DNA from: a virus
Lineage: Duplodnaviria > Heunggongvirae > Uroviricota > Caudoviricetes
Direction: 5' to 3' (one strand)
Length of the DNA: 41,089 bases
Virus record (IMG/VR): IMGVR_UViG_2563366819_000008
In this document: positions 1 to 8,772 of the stretch, piece after piece
How positions within the stretch are numbered: position 1 is the first letter of the stretch
Layout: each line of letters starts with the position of its first letter
Position numbers and translations under genes: made by a program
The notes under the pieces: generated by a model
Told to the model about the DNA's origin: nothing
Seen by the model: the letters and a program-made list of their open reading frames with translations, nothing else
The model's database searches: none

Positions 1-516
1 ATGGAATTTAAAAAATGTCTTCTGCCTGTGGCAATGTTAGCGTCATTCACTCTGGCAGGATGCCAGTCAAATGCTGATGATCATGCCGCCGATGTTTATC
101 AAACCGATCAACTGAATACCAAACAAGAAACTAAAACCGTTAATATTATTTCCATTCTTCCCGCAAAAGTTGCCGTAGACAACTCCCAAAATAAACGAAA
201 CGCACAAGCCTTCGGCGCGCTTATTGGTGCAGTCGCTGGCGGTGTTATTGGCCACAACGTCGGGTCTGGCAGCAATTCCGGAACGACGGCAGGTGCAGTT
301 GGCGGCGGAGCTGTTGGCGCGGCAGCGGGTTCTATGGTGAATGATAAAACCTTAGTGGAAGGTGTTTCTCTAACGTATAAGGAAGGCACCAAAGTGTATA
401 CCTCCACCCAGGTGGGTAAAGAGTGCCAGTTTACGACAGGTTTAGCCGTTGTTATTACCACGACGTATAACGAAACGCGTATTCAGCCAAATACCAAATG
501 TCCTGAAAAGAGCTAA
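1..516 (+). CDS. yfgH: Outer-membrane lipoprotein with glycine-zipper region (YfgH-like); host flank
   Basis: Signal peptide with lipobox LAGC; Gly/Ala-rich zipper GAVAGGVIGHNVGSG...; symbol is tentative, based on size and synteny with a 179-aa neighbour and a guaA 3' end. Confidence 0.5.
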   Translation: MEFKKCLLPVAMLASFTLAGCQSNADDHAADVYQTDQLNTKQETKTVNIISILPAKVAVDNSQNKRNAQAFGALIGAVAGGVIGHNVGSGSNSGTTAGAVGGGAVGAAAGSMVNDKTLVEGVSLTYKEGTKVYTSTQVGKECQFTTGLAVVITTTYNETRIQPNTKCPEKS

Positions 517-531
517 TGATCAGGAGGAGTC

Positions 532-1071
532 ATGAAGAAAGTTTTTCTTTGCGCCATCTTAGCCTCCTTAAGCTATCCGGCTATCGCCTCATCATTGCAG
601 GATCAACTCTCTGCTGTCGCAGAAGCGGAACAGCAAGGTAAAAATGAAGAGCAAAGGCAGCATGACGAATGGGTCGCGGAGCGCAACAGGGAAATCCAGC
701 AAGAGAAGCAACGTCGCGCAAACGCCCAGGCCGCCGCTAACAAAAGAGCGGCAACGGCAGCGGCAAATAAGAAAGCTCGTCAGGATAAACTGGACGCCGA
801 AGCCTCTGCGGACAAAAAACGCGATCAAAGTTATGAAGATGAGCTACGCAGCTTAGAGATTCAGAAACAAAAACTGGCGCTGGCGAAAGAAGAAGCCCGC
901 GTTAAGCGAGAAAACGAATTTATCGATCAGGAACTGAAGCACAAAGCTGCGCAAACCGATGTGGTGCAATCTGAAGCTGACGCAAACAGGAATATGACTG
1001 AGGGCGGTCGCGATCTGATGAAAAGCCTGGGCAAAGCAGAAGAGAACAAATCGGACAGCTGGTTTAACTAA
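532..1071 (+). CDS. yfgI: Secreted coiled-coil protein, 179 aa (YfgI-like); host flank
   Basis: N-terminal signal peptide; charged Q/E/K/R/A-rich body; RBS aggagg upstream; symbol tentative, from synteny and length only. Confidence 0.45.
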   Translation: MKKVFLCAILASLSYPAIASSLQDQLSAVAEAEQQGKNEEQRQHDEWVAERNREIQQEKQRRANAQAAANKRAATAAANKKARQDKLDAEASADKKRDQSYEDELRSLEIQKQKLALAKEEARVKRENEFIDQELKHKAAQTDVVQSEADANRNMTEGGRDLMKSLGKAEENKSDSWFN

Positions 1072-1110
1072 GCGATGTCAGTAACTTCAAGCCTATGATT
1101 CGTGAGTATA

Positions 1111-1142
1111 AAAAACCCTCTGTAGTAACAGAGGGTTTTGTT
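1111..1142. terminator. Bidirectional intrinsic terminator (A-run, CCCTCTG/CAGAGGG hairpin, T-run)
   Basis: aaaaaCCCTCTGtagtaaCAGAGGGttttg directly after the 532..1071 stop and before the guaA-like 3' end on the other strand. Confidence 0.6.
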
Positions 1143-1163
1143 CATTCATAGTGCAGGGTCAAA

Positions 1164-1178
1164 TCATTCCCACTCAAT
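1164..1178 (-). other. guaA 3'-terminal codons (Ile-Glu-Trp-Glu-stop) = probable left att core of the prophage
   Basis: Minus strand reads ATT GAG TGG GAA TGA; codons upstream no longer fit GuaA (in-frame stop two codons up), so only the core survives here. Confidence 0.5.
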
Positions 1179-1288
1179 TATTTACGATAACCATAACCAA
1201 TTGAGTGATAACATTTTTCCAAATCTCAATTTTTCCCGTACCGTTTTATATACCGTCACCGGAAATCAGTACCATGAAAAATGCCATG

Positions 1289-1771
1289 CTATCTGGTCAA
1301 AGTGTCGTACTGTTTTTCGCAGACTCTTCCGGCTTCGGCTGCCCGGTCAGCATACTCTGCCAGTTGTCTGTTTCTCTCGAGAGATTTGCTGAGCACGTCG
1401 GCAAGCAAAACTCCGGTGTCTGCGGCTGACGACCCAGCGCCGACAATGGCGTTATACTGCCTGAGCTGCTCACGGATGGCAAAGAGTTGTTGCTGCAACC
1501 GGCCAGCGCTAGCGGCAGCATCAAGAGCATCATTGCGCGCCTGGTCGATCCTCTGCTGAGCTTCACGTTCATTGGTCACTTTCTCCTGTTCGTAGTACTG
1601 ACGAACTTTGTCTTCTTCGGCTTTGCGGTCTTCTTCCGCCTGAGCATACCCGGCATCGTACTGGCGACTGCCGTGTATATTCCAGGCAACCACTCCTGAT
1701 ATGACCAGAACAGCAAGCACTGCCACGATAAGAAACTGTTTCCAGTATGCTTTTACGAATGCCCAGATCAT
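1289..1771 (-). CDS. Rz-like i-spanin
   Basis: N-terminal TM helix then coiled-coil periplasmic domain; directly downstream of endolysin; contains embedded lipoprotein ORF in another frame. Confidence 0.7.
   Translation of the reverse strand: MIWAFVKAYWKQFLIVAVLAVLVISGVVAWNIHGSRQYDAGYAQAEEDRKAEEDKVRQYYEQEKVTNEREAQQRIDQARNDALDAAASAGRLQQQLFAIREQLRQYNAIVGAGSSAADTGVLLADVLSKSLERNRQLAEYADRAAEAGRVCEKQYDTLTR
1297..1572 (-). CDS. Rz1-like o-spanin (lipoprotein) embedded in Rz; start codon uncertain
   Basis: Signal peptide [13 protein letters not shown] with lipobox, Pro/Ser-rich short mature part; fully nested in the Rz gene. Confidence 0.55.
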   Translation of the reverse strand: MNVKLSRGSTRRAMMLLMLPLALAGCSNNSLPSVSSSGSITPLSALGRQPQTPEFCLPTCSANLSRETDNWQSMLTGQPKPEESAKNSTTL

Positions 1772-2397
1772 ACCGCCAGCACCTTACTGGCAGTGATGTA
1801 CCGCGCTCGCCGGTCGTCGATGCCGTTCCGGCCACCATTGATAATCAGAGTTACACGTGCAATATCGCCGGTATACTTCATGCATCCTTTGCTGGCGAAG
1901 AACCACGCCGCGCTACGAGCCGCATATTCGTCCTGCGCCAGCAGTTCAGGGCTCTCCAGCAGGTCAACCTTTAGACCGTTTCCGCAATCACGATAGTTAT
2001 TCAAACCGGTAATCTGGATAAGTCCGCGCCCTCGGTAATTCCAGCCATCACCAGGGGCATTGTTCCCCATGCGTTTGCTGTATACCAGATTTGCGATCGC
2101 GCGCTGGCGCTCAAGTGGCAATGGTGGTTCACCAGCACGGCGCCCCAGTGCATTAGCCTGCCCCTGAGTGAGACGCCCAGCCCGAACGAAGTTAGCCAGT
2201 CCGCTGACACTGTAGTTGAAATTCTCCTGCAACCTGGTGAAGCCCCCAGACTCATGCCCGACTTGAGCAATAAACATTGCCTGATCTTCTGCTTTGCTGA
2301 TACCAAACTCTTTCATCGCAGAAGTTATATGCGAGAACCAGCGTGCGGCCAGTGCCTCGCTGATACCAGCAGCTCGCTGGAATTGTTTAATCTCCAT
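1768..2397 (-). CDS. Endolysin, glycoside hydrolase family 19-like
   Basis: Motif [20 protein letters not shown] typical of GH19 phage lysozymes; start taken at internal MEIKQFQ (ATG at 2397), upstream ORF extension looks non-coding. Confidence 0.7.
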   Translation of the reverse strand: MEIKQFQRAAGISEALAARWFSHITSAMKEFGISKAEDQAMFIAQVGHESGGFTRLQENFNYSVSGLANFVRAGRLTQGQANALGRRAGEPPLPLERQRAIANLVYSKRMGNNAPGDGWNYRGRGLIQITGLNNYRDCGNGLKVDLLESPELLAQDEYAARSAAWFFASKGCMKYTGDIARVTLIINGGRNGIDDRRARYITASKVLAV

Positions 2398-2695
2398 GTT
2401 TAGACCTCGATACTTTAAAAATTTGAACGACGTTACCGCGCGTTTTAATAACCGCAGCCAGCATGACAGCGTTGATAATGACCTCAGATAAATCCACAGC
2501 CATTGGCGTACGTAACCAGATTGCATAGGCGACTCGAACAGGAATACTGGCCGCAGCAACAATCAGGAAATAAGCAAGCCATCCTCCCCACCTTCGATGT
2601 TGAGAGCCGTTACGCCGGAATGTGACAACGCGAATTGCTATGCCAGTGCAAATAACTGCATTAGTGATAAGCAAAAAAAACTCATGCGTTACCAT
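2387..2695 (-). CDS. Small membrane protein, holin or antiholin candidate
   Basis: About 3 predicted TM helices; overlaps holin-like gene upstream and endolysin start downstream. Confidence 0.45.
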   Translation of the reverse strand: MVTHEFFLLITNAVICTGIAIRVVTFRRNGSQHRRWGGWLAYFLIVAAASIPVRVAYAIWLRTPMAVDLSEVIINAVMLAAVIKTRGNVVQIFKVSRSKHGD

Positions 2696-3086
2696 CGTCT
2701 TTTCTCCCCGGAATTAACTCGCGTGGATTATCGGAACGGTGATAGAGCCATATACCAATACGCACAGCGACAATTGCTGACACGAATGCGCCTGCAGAGA
2801 AAACAATCCCTTTTTCAAAAGAGTCCTGCGTGATGGTAGGGATCAGGCTGGCTATGCCGATAAGAATTGATGCTGCTGGTTTGTAAAAGAGAAGGCCGCA
2901 AAGAAAGCTGAGCATCGACAGGAGCACCCGGCGACGGATGGGGTACTCTACTGCAGAGGTAACAAAAATTACCGCCCCAGCCAAAGCCCCTAAAGCAACC
3001 TCCGGAGGGACACCTGCAATAACTGCAGCAAGAGAACCAAAACTAAGCAACTGATTTAATTGCTCACTTGTTACTTGAGCAGACAT
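2682..3086 (-). CDS. Holin-like multi-TM membrane protein
   Basis: 134 aa with 4-5 hydrophobic helices, first gene of the lysis cassette. Confidence 0.5.
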   Translation of the reverse strand: MSAQVTSEQLNQLLSFGSLAAVIAGVPPEVALGALAGAVIFVTSAVEYPIRRRVLLSMLSFLCGLLFYKPAASILIGIASLIPTITQDSFEKGIVFSAGAFVSAIVAVRIGIWLYHRSDNPRELIPGRKDDGNA

Positions 3087-3190
3087 ACTTTCTCCTGTTT
3101 ACTATCTATAAGCCAGTCAATTATTGATGACTAAACCCGCATAGTAAACCATATATGAATCATTATTGTTCCATATCATATATCTCAATA

Positions 3191-3216
3191 AAAGTACTAA
3201 TGAAAAGTACTAATGA
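3191..3216. repeat. Perfect tandem 13-bp direct repeat AAAGTACTAATGA x2
   Basis: Seen in the 320-bp non-coding gap between tailspike stop and holin start. Confidence 0.6.
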
Positions 3217-3405
3217 TTTTACAGAACGAGCCAGCAGAGTGGGGGCAGTTGTACAGGAACCATAGACTTAATTTTGTATTTAATAATGCTATGGTGTAAT
3301 AAACCTGAACATGTATTTAAAATACGTACTGATTCATGATAGAATTCAAAGATAACTTTTCACCAACTCCGTTTTTGATACCCGCAATATTTTGCGGGCT
3401 TTTTT

Positions 3406-6400
3406 TTAACGTTCTTCCAGAGACTGAACCCGCTCTTTTATCTTATCCATTTCTCTGCGCTGCCATGCTGCCTCGATATAGAATAAGAGATCAGGTCTGA
3501 CCCCCCATCTAGATCCTGCTGGCGTTATTTCAACGCGCTCAATGATGTCTTCTATTACCATCACTGGATTATCATCCTCATCAACAATGATGCTCCCGTC
3601 ATTATCAGTCAGCGGCATTTCCCTTTGGCCAGTAATGACGTCATCATATACTGCGGGATAATCGTCATAGCAAAGAAAGGCATAGCGGCATGTTGTGCTT
3701 TCTTCTTCCATGAGTCCGTGAGAAATAAGAACATCACGAAGTTGCTGCGCGATTACACCATGATGTATCCTCGCCCCTTCTTCCCCCTTTATAGCGACAG
3801 CGTTCAGCCATTTATAAGCGATATACCTGACGTCACCCCAGGCATCCAGCAATGCTTCGTCAGGAGAGACCGGCTCTGTCTTTAATGTTCCGTCACTGGT
3901 AACCACAGGATTGGAGCCAAGATAAACTGTCGAGAACCTGTTTCCCGGACCACCAAGAGCATTTACATTATCAAGATAAGGTTTAACATCTCCGTTCTCA
4001 AAAAGATGTTCGAGTGCGTTATATACCGCGCGACGTGGAGTACTGCTTCCGGAACCATGCAACGTTATCATTGCACCATCTGCTGAAGACGTTGTTTCAC
4101 CGCCGCTAACGATTAATCTCTGAGCGGTAACATCATCAGACGGTACTTTCTTCGCAATAATGGCGTAATTACCCTCAAGTTTGACTTCCGCGCGAACTTG
4201 TCCTGATGTACCTGCATGGACAGTCAGTGACTGGACGGCAACATCATCTGTGAAATCAACGGGTACAGGAACCGTCCTCACGCCTGACGTCGACATAAAA
4301 GTAGGAAGCGTTCTGTTAGGAGTGGCTCCGTAGACAAAATCCCTTGAAACAAATTCTTCCTGTTTAATTTTCACCCTGAAACAATACAAATCAGCCGGGT
4401 GACCATCGTGAACATAAGGATATTTTCTGTTGTTATCCCCTATGCTCCATGGGTTTAGAAAGTCTTCTCCACCGAAAATGTAGTACAGCCAGTTGTCTTT
4501 GATACAAACTGAACCAACACCAACCGCAGAGTTAACTATTCCGCCCTGATAAATCTGATCAGTAACATTAACCCACTCTACATTATCCAGACTCCACTCA
4601 TTGACGTTAACTCTGGTCATAAATGTTCTTGGATAATTTCCTGCATAACGGTTATCAGGCTCTCCTCCTTCCCACTCACCAAATGCGCGCTCACTGCCAA
4701 AAATAATCAGCTCATCGCCAACTTTGGCAAAAGGAAGGTTTGAGTGATGAACATTATTTGGGAAGCGAAGAGAATTCCATGATGTACCTAAATCAGAGCT
4801 TCTGTGCAATGAACTACCGGGTTGAGTACTTAATGTCCCCCTGGTCGTCAGATACAGAATGCCATCATAATATTTTACACATGGCTCAGATGCATTCGCC
4901 TCATATTCTGCAGGTATGCGTCTGCGAACAAAGCTACCAGGAGAACCGAAAGCATCAGAGAAATAGAGTATCCCAAGCTCGCGTGGACCAATATCACCAT
5001 TATGGTAGCCAACAGCAAAACTGTTATCGCTAATCGTCGCAAAACTGTGAATCTCAGTAACAGGAGTGCTTCCGTCAACAAAAGAAGGAATAGTTCCAAG
5101 ACTGGTTTTTCTCCATGGTGACGAGTGAAATGATGTACCAAAACTCCAGTATCTACCCTCGTTATTCTGATCCACATCCTGGGTATTTTGCGTCGTAACT
5201 GTAAAAGTATTTTTATCAATAACAGTAGTCACCGTCATATTCCCGGTAACACCTGTAACACCAGAGTTTGAGAAGTTGACAAAATCACCAGCAAATAATC
5301 CGTGATCAGTAATGCGAATATAAGCGACTTGCTGATTTGCTGCTTTCGTTATACCACCATAAACGCGAAGGCTGCGACTCATTGGGCGATCCCACAACTC
5401 TGCAACCTGCAGTTTATTTCCGCTCACGGTCCGCGTCTCAATTACAGCAAAAAGGCGATTTCTGACAACCCCCATACTCATGCAGTGATAGTTAACTGTG
5501 GGATAGTTTTCATGTAAATCTGTAAGCCATTCCGGCGTTGTCCAGGTCTTCCCGTCATCTCCTGAGCGAACCCATGCAACATGGAGGTTATTTACACCAT
5601 GGCGGTCTCCAGCCATAAAAGGCGCATAGATGACATTGTCATATACAAACGTTTTATCCTGCGTCCAGGCGTTGTACCACGGTGTATCTGTAATTTTAAA
5701 TAACTCTCCCTGGATAAAATCTTCAGAAGCATAAAAAAGAGGCTGGCCCGGTATTCTCTCAAATAAAAAACGAGCATTTTTAAATCGACTGACATCCGGA
5801 AGAGTTGATACTTTAAAAGTAAGCCCTAATCCGTCAATTTTATAACCTGGAGATGAGGCTTCAAGGCACGCGCTTATTGCAGTGGAGTCGTCATTTATAC
5901 CATCACCAACAGCTCCAAAATCTTTGGGGCTAATAGCATCACGCATTTTATCCTGGAACGTTCGGTACACAGCCCCAGAACCATACTGAATAAACCAACC
6001 AAAACCACCAACAACCCCGGCAATTGCAGCATCAACATAATTACGCATTGAGCGATTATTTACAGCGTCCTGCTCAAATGATGGATCTGCAAGGTTAGAA
6101 ATTTTGTTTTGCTTTGCATCGTAATATTTTGCAAGCAGAGAGGGCTTCATCAATGCACGTCTGAACCACCCAAAACATTGCTGGATCAGCATCGTCAGGT
6201 AGTCAAAGGCATCTTCATGCACTTCGGGGAAAAATTTTCCCTGATTGCGAAGGTCTGTCTCCTGCACTACATCAAGCACACGATCTATCGTAATTCGCCA
6301 TCCAGTAGCAAGCGGAGACGGAAGAACCACAGAACCGCCACTATAAGTGCCCGCCCCAGTTACCGTATAACCGGTATCCAGGACCAATTCTGTTACGTTC

Positions 6401-6525
6401 CCGTTCAGGTCAGACACCTGAACAACCAGGTCTGATTTTCTGAAAATTCGAAAAGTATACGGAAACGATGTCGTAACGCCGTTACCGGTGTATTCGTTGT
6501 GGTCAACTTCGGTTGAGACCGTCAT
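3406..6525 (-). CDS. Tailspike protein (1039 aa) with beta-helix glycosidase-like body and C-terminal intramolecular-chaperone domain
   Basis: N-terminal particle-binding type domain; DFGAVGDGINDDSTAI motif typical of pectate-lyase-fold tailspikes; C-terminal region resembling self-cleaving chaperone domains of endosialidase-type fibres. Confidence 0.8.
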   Translation of the reverse strand: MTVSTEVDHNEYTGNGVTTSFPYTFRIFRKSDLVVQVSDLNGNVTELVLDTGYTVTGAGTYSGGSVVLPSPLATGWRITIDRVLDVVQETDLRNQGKFFPEVHEDAFDYLTMLIQQCFGWFRRALMKPSLLAKYYDAKQNKISNLADPSFEQDAVNNRSMRNYVDAAIAGVVGGFGWFIQYGSGAVYRTFQDKMRDAISPKDFGAVGDGINDDSTAISACLEASSPGYKIDGLGLTFKVSTLPDVSRFKNARFLFERIPGQPLFYASEDFIQGELFKITDTPWYNAWTQDKTFVYDNVIYAPFMAGDRHGVNNLHVAWVRSGDDGKTWTTPEWLTDLHENYPTVNYHCMSMGVVRNRLFAVIETRTVSGNKLQVAELWDRPMSRSLRVYGGITKAANQQVAYIRITDHGLFAGDFVNFSNSGVTGVTGNMTVTTVIDKNTFTVTTQNTQDVDQNNEGRYWSFGTSFHSSPWRKTSLGTIPSFVDGSTPVTEIHSFATISDNSFAVGYHNGDIGPRELGILYFSDAFGSPGSFVRRRIPAEYEANASEPCVKYYDGILYLTTRGTLSTQPGSSLHRSSDLGTSWNSLRFPNNVHHSNLPFAKVGDELIIFGSERAFGEWEGGEPDNRYAGNYPRTFMTRVNVNEWSLDNVEWVNVTDQIYQGGIVNSAVGVGSVCIKDNWLYYIFGGEDFLNPWSIGDNNRKYPYVHDGHPADLYCFRVKIKQEEFVSRDFVYGATPNRTLPTFMSTSGVRTVPVPVDFTDDVAVQSLTVHAGTSGQVRAEVKLEGNYAIIAKKVPSDDVTAQRLIVSGGETTSSADGAMITLHGSGSSTPRRAVYNALEHLFENGDVKPYLDNVNALGGPGNRFSTVYLGSNPVVTSDGTLKTEPVSPDEALLDAWGDVRYIAYKWLNAVAIKGEEGARIHHGVIAQQLRDVLISHGLMEEESTTCRYAFLCYDDYPAVYDDVITGQREMPLTDNDGSIIVDEDDNPVMVIEDIIERVEITPAGSRWGVRPDLLFYIEAAWQRREMDKIKERVQSLEER

Positions 6526-6628
6526 GTTAAATCTCCAGATAGTCGCAGCACCCGTTGCGCCGCATATCTGGTTATTCTATTACCTGAAAAACCACATATG
6601 GATAAAAAGACTATAAATACCAATAGAT

Positions 6629-6645
6629 ATTACCTTTCGGGTAAT
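6629..6645. promoter_or_regulatory. Operator-like palindrome ATTACC-TTTCG-GGTAAT
   Basis: Perfect 6-bp inverted repeat with 5-bp spacer in the divergent region between tailspike and 6721 gene; same motif recurs 10 or more times. Confidence 0.6.
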
Positions 6646-6682
6646 TTGCAAAACGTGCTGGATAGCAAACAAATTATTTGTT

Positions 6683-6700
6683 ACTGTATAAACATACAGT
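6683..6700. promoter_or_regulatory. LexA (SOS) box TACTGTATAAACATACAGT
   Basis: CTGT-N8-ACAG with AT-rich centre, about 20 bp upstream of RBS ggagaag and ATG at 6721. Confidence 0.7.
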
Positions 6701-6720
6701 TATTGCATGGAGAAGATAAG

Positions 6721-6978
6721 ATGCAGCAGTATCACTATCCACTGGAAGACGGATTTACCGAAAGGATTCACACGCCGGGAGGCGTCAGGTCACTGGTGGA
6801 GGGATCGCACTTGATGAAATTACTCCGGGATCTCGATAAGGATGGATTTAATGTCGATGGCCCACTTGCCGAACTGACTGCACTGATTAACTACGTCACC
6901 AGCTCACAGATGTCTATGCAGGATCTGCAAACACATCTCGACTATTGTGCCGAACAATTACGAAAACAAACCAGATAA
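6721..6978 (+). CDS. Small SOS-controlled protein, paralogue of the C-terminal domain of the downstream antirepressor
   Basis: 85 aa; about 45 percent identical to the C-terminus of the 7296..7952 product (shared LAELT...DLQTH/DIQTH block); LexA box immediately upstream. Confidence 0.5.
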   Translation: MQQYHYPLEDGFTERIHTPGGVRSLVEGSHLMKLLRDLDKDGFNVDGPLAELTALINYVTSSQMSMQDLQTHLDYCAEQLRKQTR

Positions 6979-7008
6979 GGTTTGCAATTACCAAATGGAG
7001 TGCTTATA

Positions 7009-7025
7009 TTTACCTTTGCGGTAAA
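7009..7025. promoter_or_regulatory. Operator-like palindrome TTTACC-TTTGC-GGTAAA
   Basis: Same TTACC-N5-GGTAA motif. Confidence 0.55.
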
Positions 7026-7115
7026 TTTACATCGCACTCCTCTTGTGCCATAGTAATCGGGCACTGGCAAAATCCAGTGCCGGGATTGGTCTCCCGGATT
7101 ACTAAGTGGCGCATA

Positions 7116-7137
7116 CCACGCCAGACGTGGTTTTTTT
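7116..7137 (+). terminator. Intrinsic terminator (CCACG/CGTGG hairpin plus T7)
   Basis: ccacgccagacgtggttttttt; lies in the 270-bp leader between operator 7009 and ant start 7296. Confidence 0.5.
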
Positions 7138-7295
7138 ATGCGTATAGCACAGTCATGCCAGAATTATGGTGGGCTGAATGGGGGTCCGAAAGGACGCCGG
7201 TACCACTTAGGCCGGTAAGACCAACTCCGTTCAGTTCACCACCATCTGATTGGTCTCAGCGGTGGTGATGTAATTCGCTAAGTGGAGACGCCATC

Positions 7296-7952
7296 ATGAA
7301 CGCTCAACTCATCCCCGTATTCAACGGCACTATATCTAACGAAACAGCCCTACTTTGTAATGCCCGCGATCTGCACGCTTTTTTAGGTGTTAAAAAGGTG
7401 TTTGCAGCATGGATTACAAATCGCATATCAGAATACGAATTCATTGAAAATCAAGACTATATTTTGCTTTCCAATTTGGGAAAGCAAACATCTGGTAGAG
7501 GCGGCCACAACCGCAAAGAGTACCACCTCACCCTTGATACAGCCAAAGAGCTGGCGATGGTCGAGCGTAACGAAAAAGGTCGTCAGGTACGACGCTACTT
7601 CATTGAATGCGAGAAACGTTTAAGACAACAAGAAACAAAAGTGGAGAAGGTCTTGTCAGGCTTCATGCCCGCCATTATGGAGGCGATCAAGCTGGAAGAC
7701 AAAAAAGAATACAGTGCCCCGCTGAAGCCCGGCTACCGCAGCCTGATTCATTCGCCGTCTGGTGTTCTCGGCCTGACGGAGAACTCACTGCTGATGAATC
7801 TGCTGAACCAGTTACAGGAAGACGGGCACGACGTATCGGGCGCGGCGGCGGAGCTGACCACCATGTTCTGCTACATCGTCGGTGTGAGCAAATGCCTGCG
7901 TGATATCCAGACGCACGCGGAGTACATCAACGACAAGGCAGGGTTCTTCTGA
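7296..7952 (+). CDS. Antirepressor (AntA-like N-terminal domain)
   Basis: N-terminal LIPVFNG...[10 protein letters not shown]...[16 protein letters not shown] resembles AntA/Rha-type antirepressor domains; lies in an immI-like position next to tailspike. Confidence 0.6.
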   Translation: MNAQLIPVFNGTISNETALLCNARDLHAFLGVKKVFAAWITNRISEYEFIENQDYILLSNLGKQTSGRGGHNRKEYHLTLDTAKELAMVERNEKGRQVRRYFIECEKRLRQQETKVEKVLSGFMPAIMEAIKLEDKKEYSAPLKPGYRSLIHSPSGVLGLTENSLLMNLLNQLQEDGHDVSGAAAELTTMFCYIVGVSKCLRDIQTHAEYINDKAGFF

Positions 7953-8023
7953 CGGGCGGTGGCACAGGGATGTGCCTTTAAATAATTCTGTACAGATTGC
8001 AGACTGTGGGTGAATAGCGTACT

Positions 8024-8040
8024 ATTACCTTAAAGGTAAA
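8024..8040. promoter_or_regulatory. Operator-like palindrome ATTACC-TTAAA-GGTAAA abutting an RBS
   Basis: Motif followed immediately by ggaggcgcgat ATG (8052). Confidence 0.55.
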
Positions 8041-8051
8041 GGAGGCGCGAT

Positions 8052-8219
8052 ATGACAGCGTTGAAAAATCGTACTCAGCACAATGAACAAGCCAAGCAAT
8101 GCTGGGATGTCATTGGAAAAGTTATGCTTGGCCGCGCAAGCAAAGAGCGCGACAAGGATATGGTTTACCAGACAGGAACATCTTTCAGCGACTTCAAGGC
8201 GGCATTTCGCTCCAAATAG
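8052..8219 (+). CDS. Hypothetical small protein (55 aa)
   Basis: ATG with strong RBS aaaggagg; below the ORF-track size cutoff, translated by hand. Confidence 0.35.
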   Translation: MTALKNRTQHNEQAKQCWDVIGKVMLGRASKERDKDMVYQTGTSFSDFKAAFRSK

Positions 8220-8239
8220 AAGCACATCAGGAGTTTTCC

Positions 8240-8680
8240 TTGAAGTTTAACATTAGAATATCTAATAGTTTTCTACATGGGGAAAGCAACACCCCTTTCG
8301 CTGTAGACGGACCTTTCCTTACTGATGATGAAATAAAAATCATACAAAGTTTTTTAGAGGATGTTGCCAATGGAAGGGCGCTTGTTGGAAAAAACAAGCC
8401 CTCGTGGGTTGATGATAACCATGATAAAATTCCCGGCTCAGACAATTATGAGCAAGAGAATTATTGGCATTATCATTGTGGGCCAACATGGTATCCAAAC
8501 ACATTTAAGAATTATACCATTAACTTAAATTTCAACCCTGGCGGAAGGCATTCTAATGAATGCATTCATTATGCAAAAAATGATAATGAAATTGTCATTG
8601 TTGGATTTTCAAGAGAACACATACCTTTCCTTTCATCAGATGGAAACAACAATCCGCTTTTTAATGATGAAGAAGAATAG
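8240..8680 (+). CDS. Hypothetical protein, AT-rich, probable TTG start, no internal Met
   Basis: In-frame TTG at 8240 with RBS caggag 6 nt upstream; upstream part of the 8099 ORF overlaps the 55-aa gene and looks non-coding; terminator follows. Confidence 0.4.
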   Translation: MKFNIRISNSFLHGESNTPFAVDGPFLTDDEIKIIQSFLEDVANGRALVGKNKPSWVDDNHDKIPGSDNYEQENYWHYHCGPTWYPNTFKNYTINLNFNPGGRHSNECIHYAKNDNEIVIVGFSREHIPFLSSDGNNNPLFNDEEE

Positions 8681-8700
8681 CCCGCGCTGCGGGCTTTTTT
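8680..8700 (+). terminator. Intrinsic terminator (GCCCGC/GCGGGC hairpin plus T6)
   Basis: agcccgcgctgcgggctttttt right after the 8680 stop. Confidence 0.65.
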
Positions 8701-8772
8701 GTGGACGAAACAAAAGTCAGTGCTACACTCATTGACGCCACATTGAGGTGGCTTATAGATGGAAATTTCACA

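Noticed and set aside
1138-1559. Plus-strand ORFs 1138..1392, 1205..1429, 1281..1559
   Set aside because: Antisense shadows of the Rz/Rz1 genes and the att region; no RBS.
3406-6525. Serotype-converting O-antigen acetyltransferase or glycosyltransferase genes near the tailspike
   Set aside because: No large multi-TM acyltransferase-like ORF is present in this window.
8099-8239. ATG-initiated N-terminal extension of the 193-aa track ORF
   Set aside because: Overlaps the 55-aa gene in another frame and translates to non-protein-like sequence; TTG at 8240 with RBS preferred.
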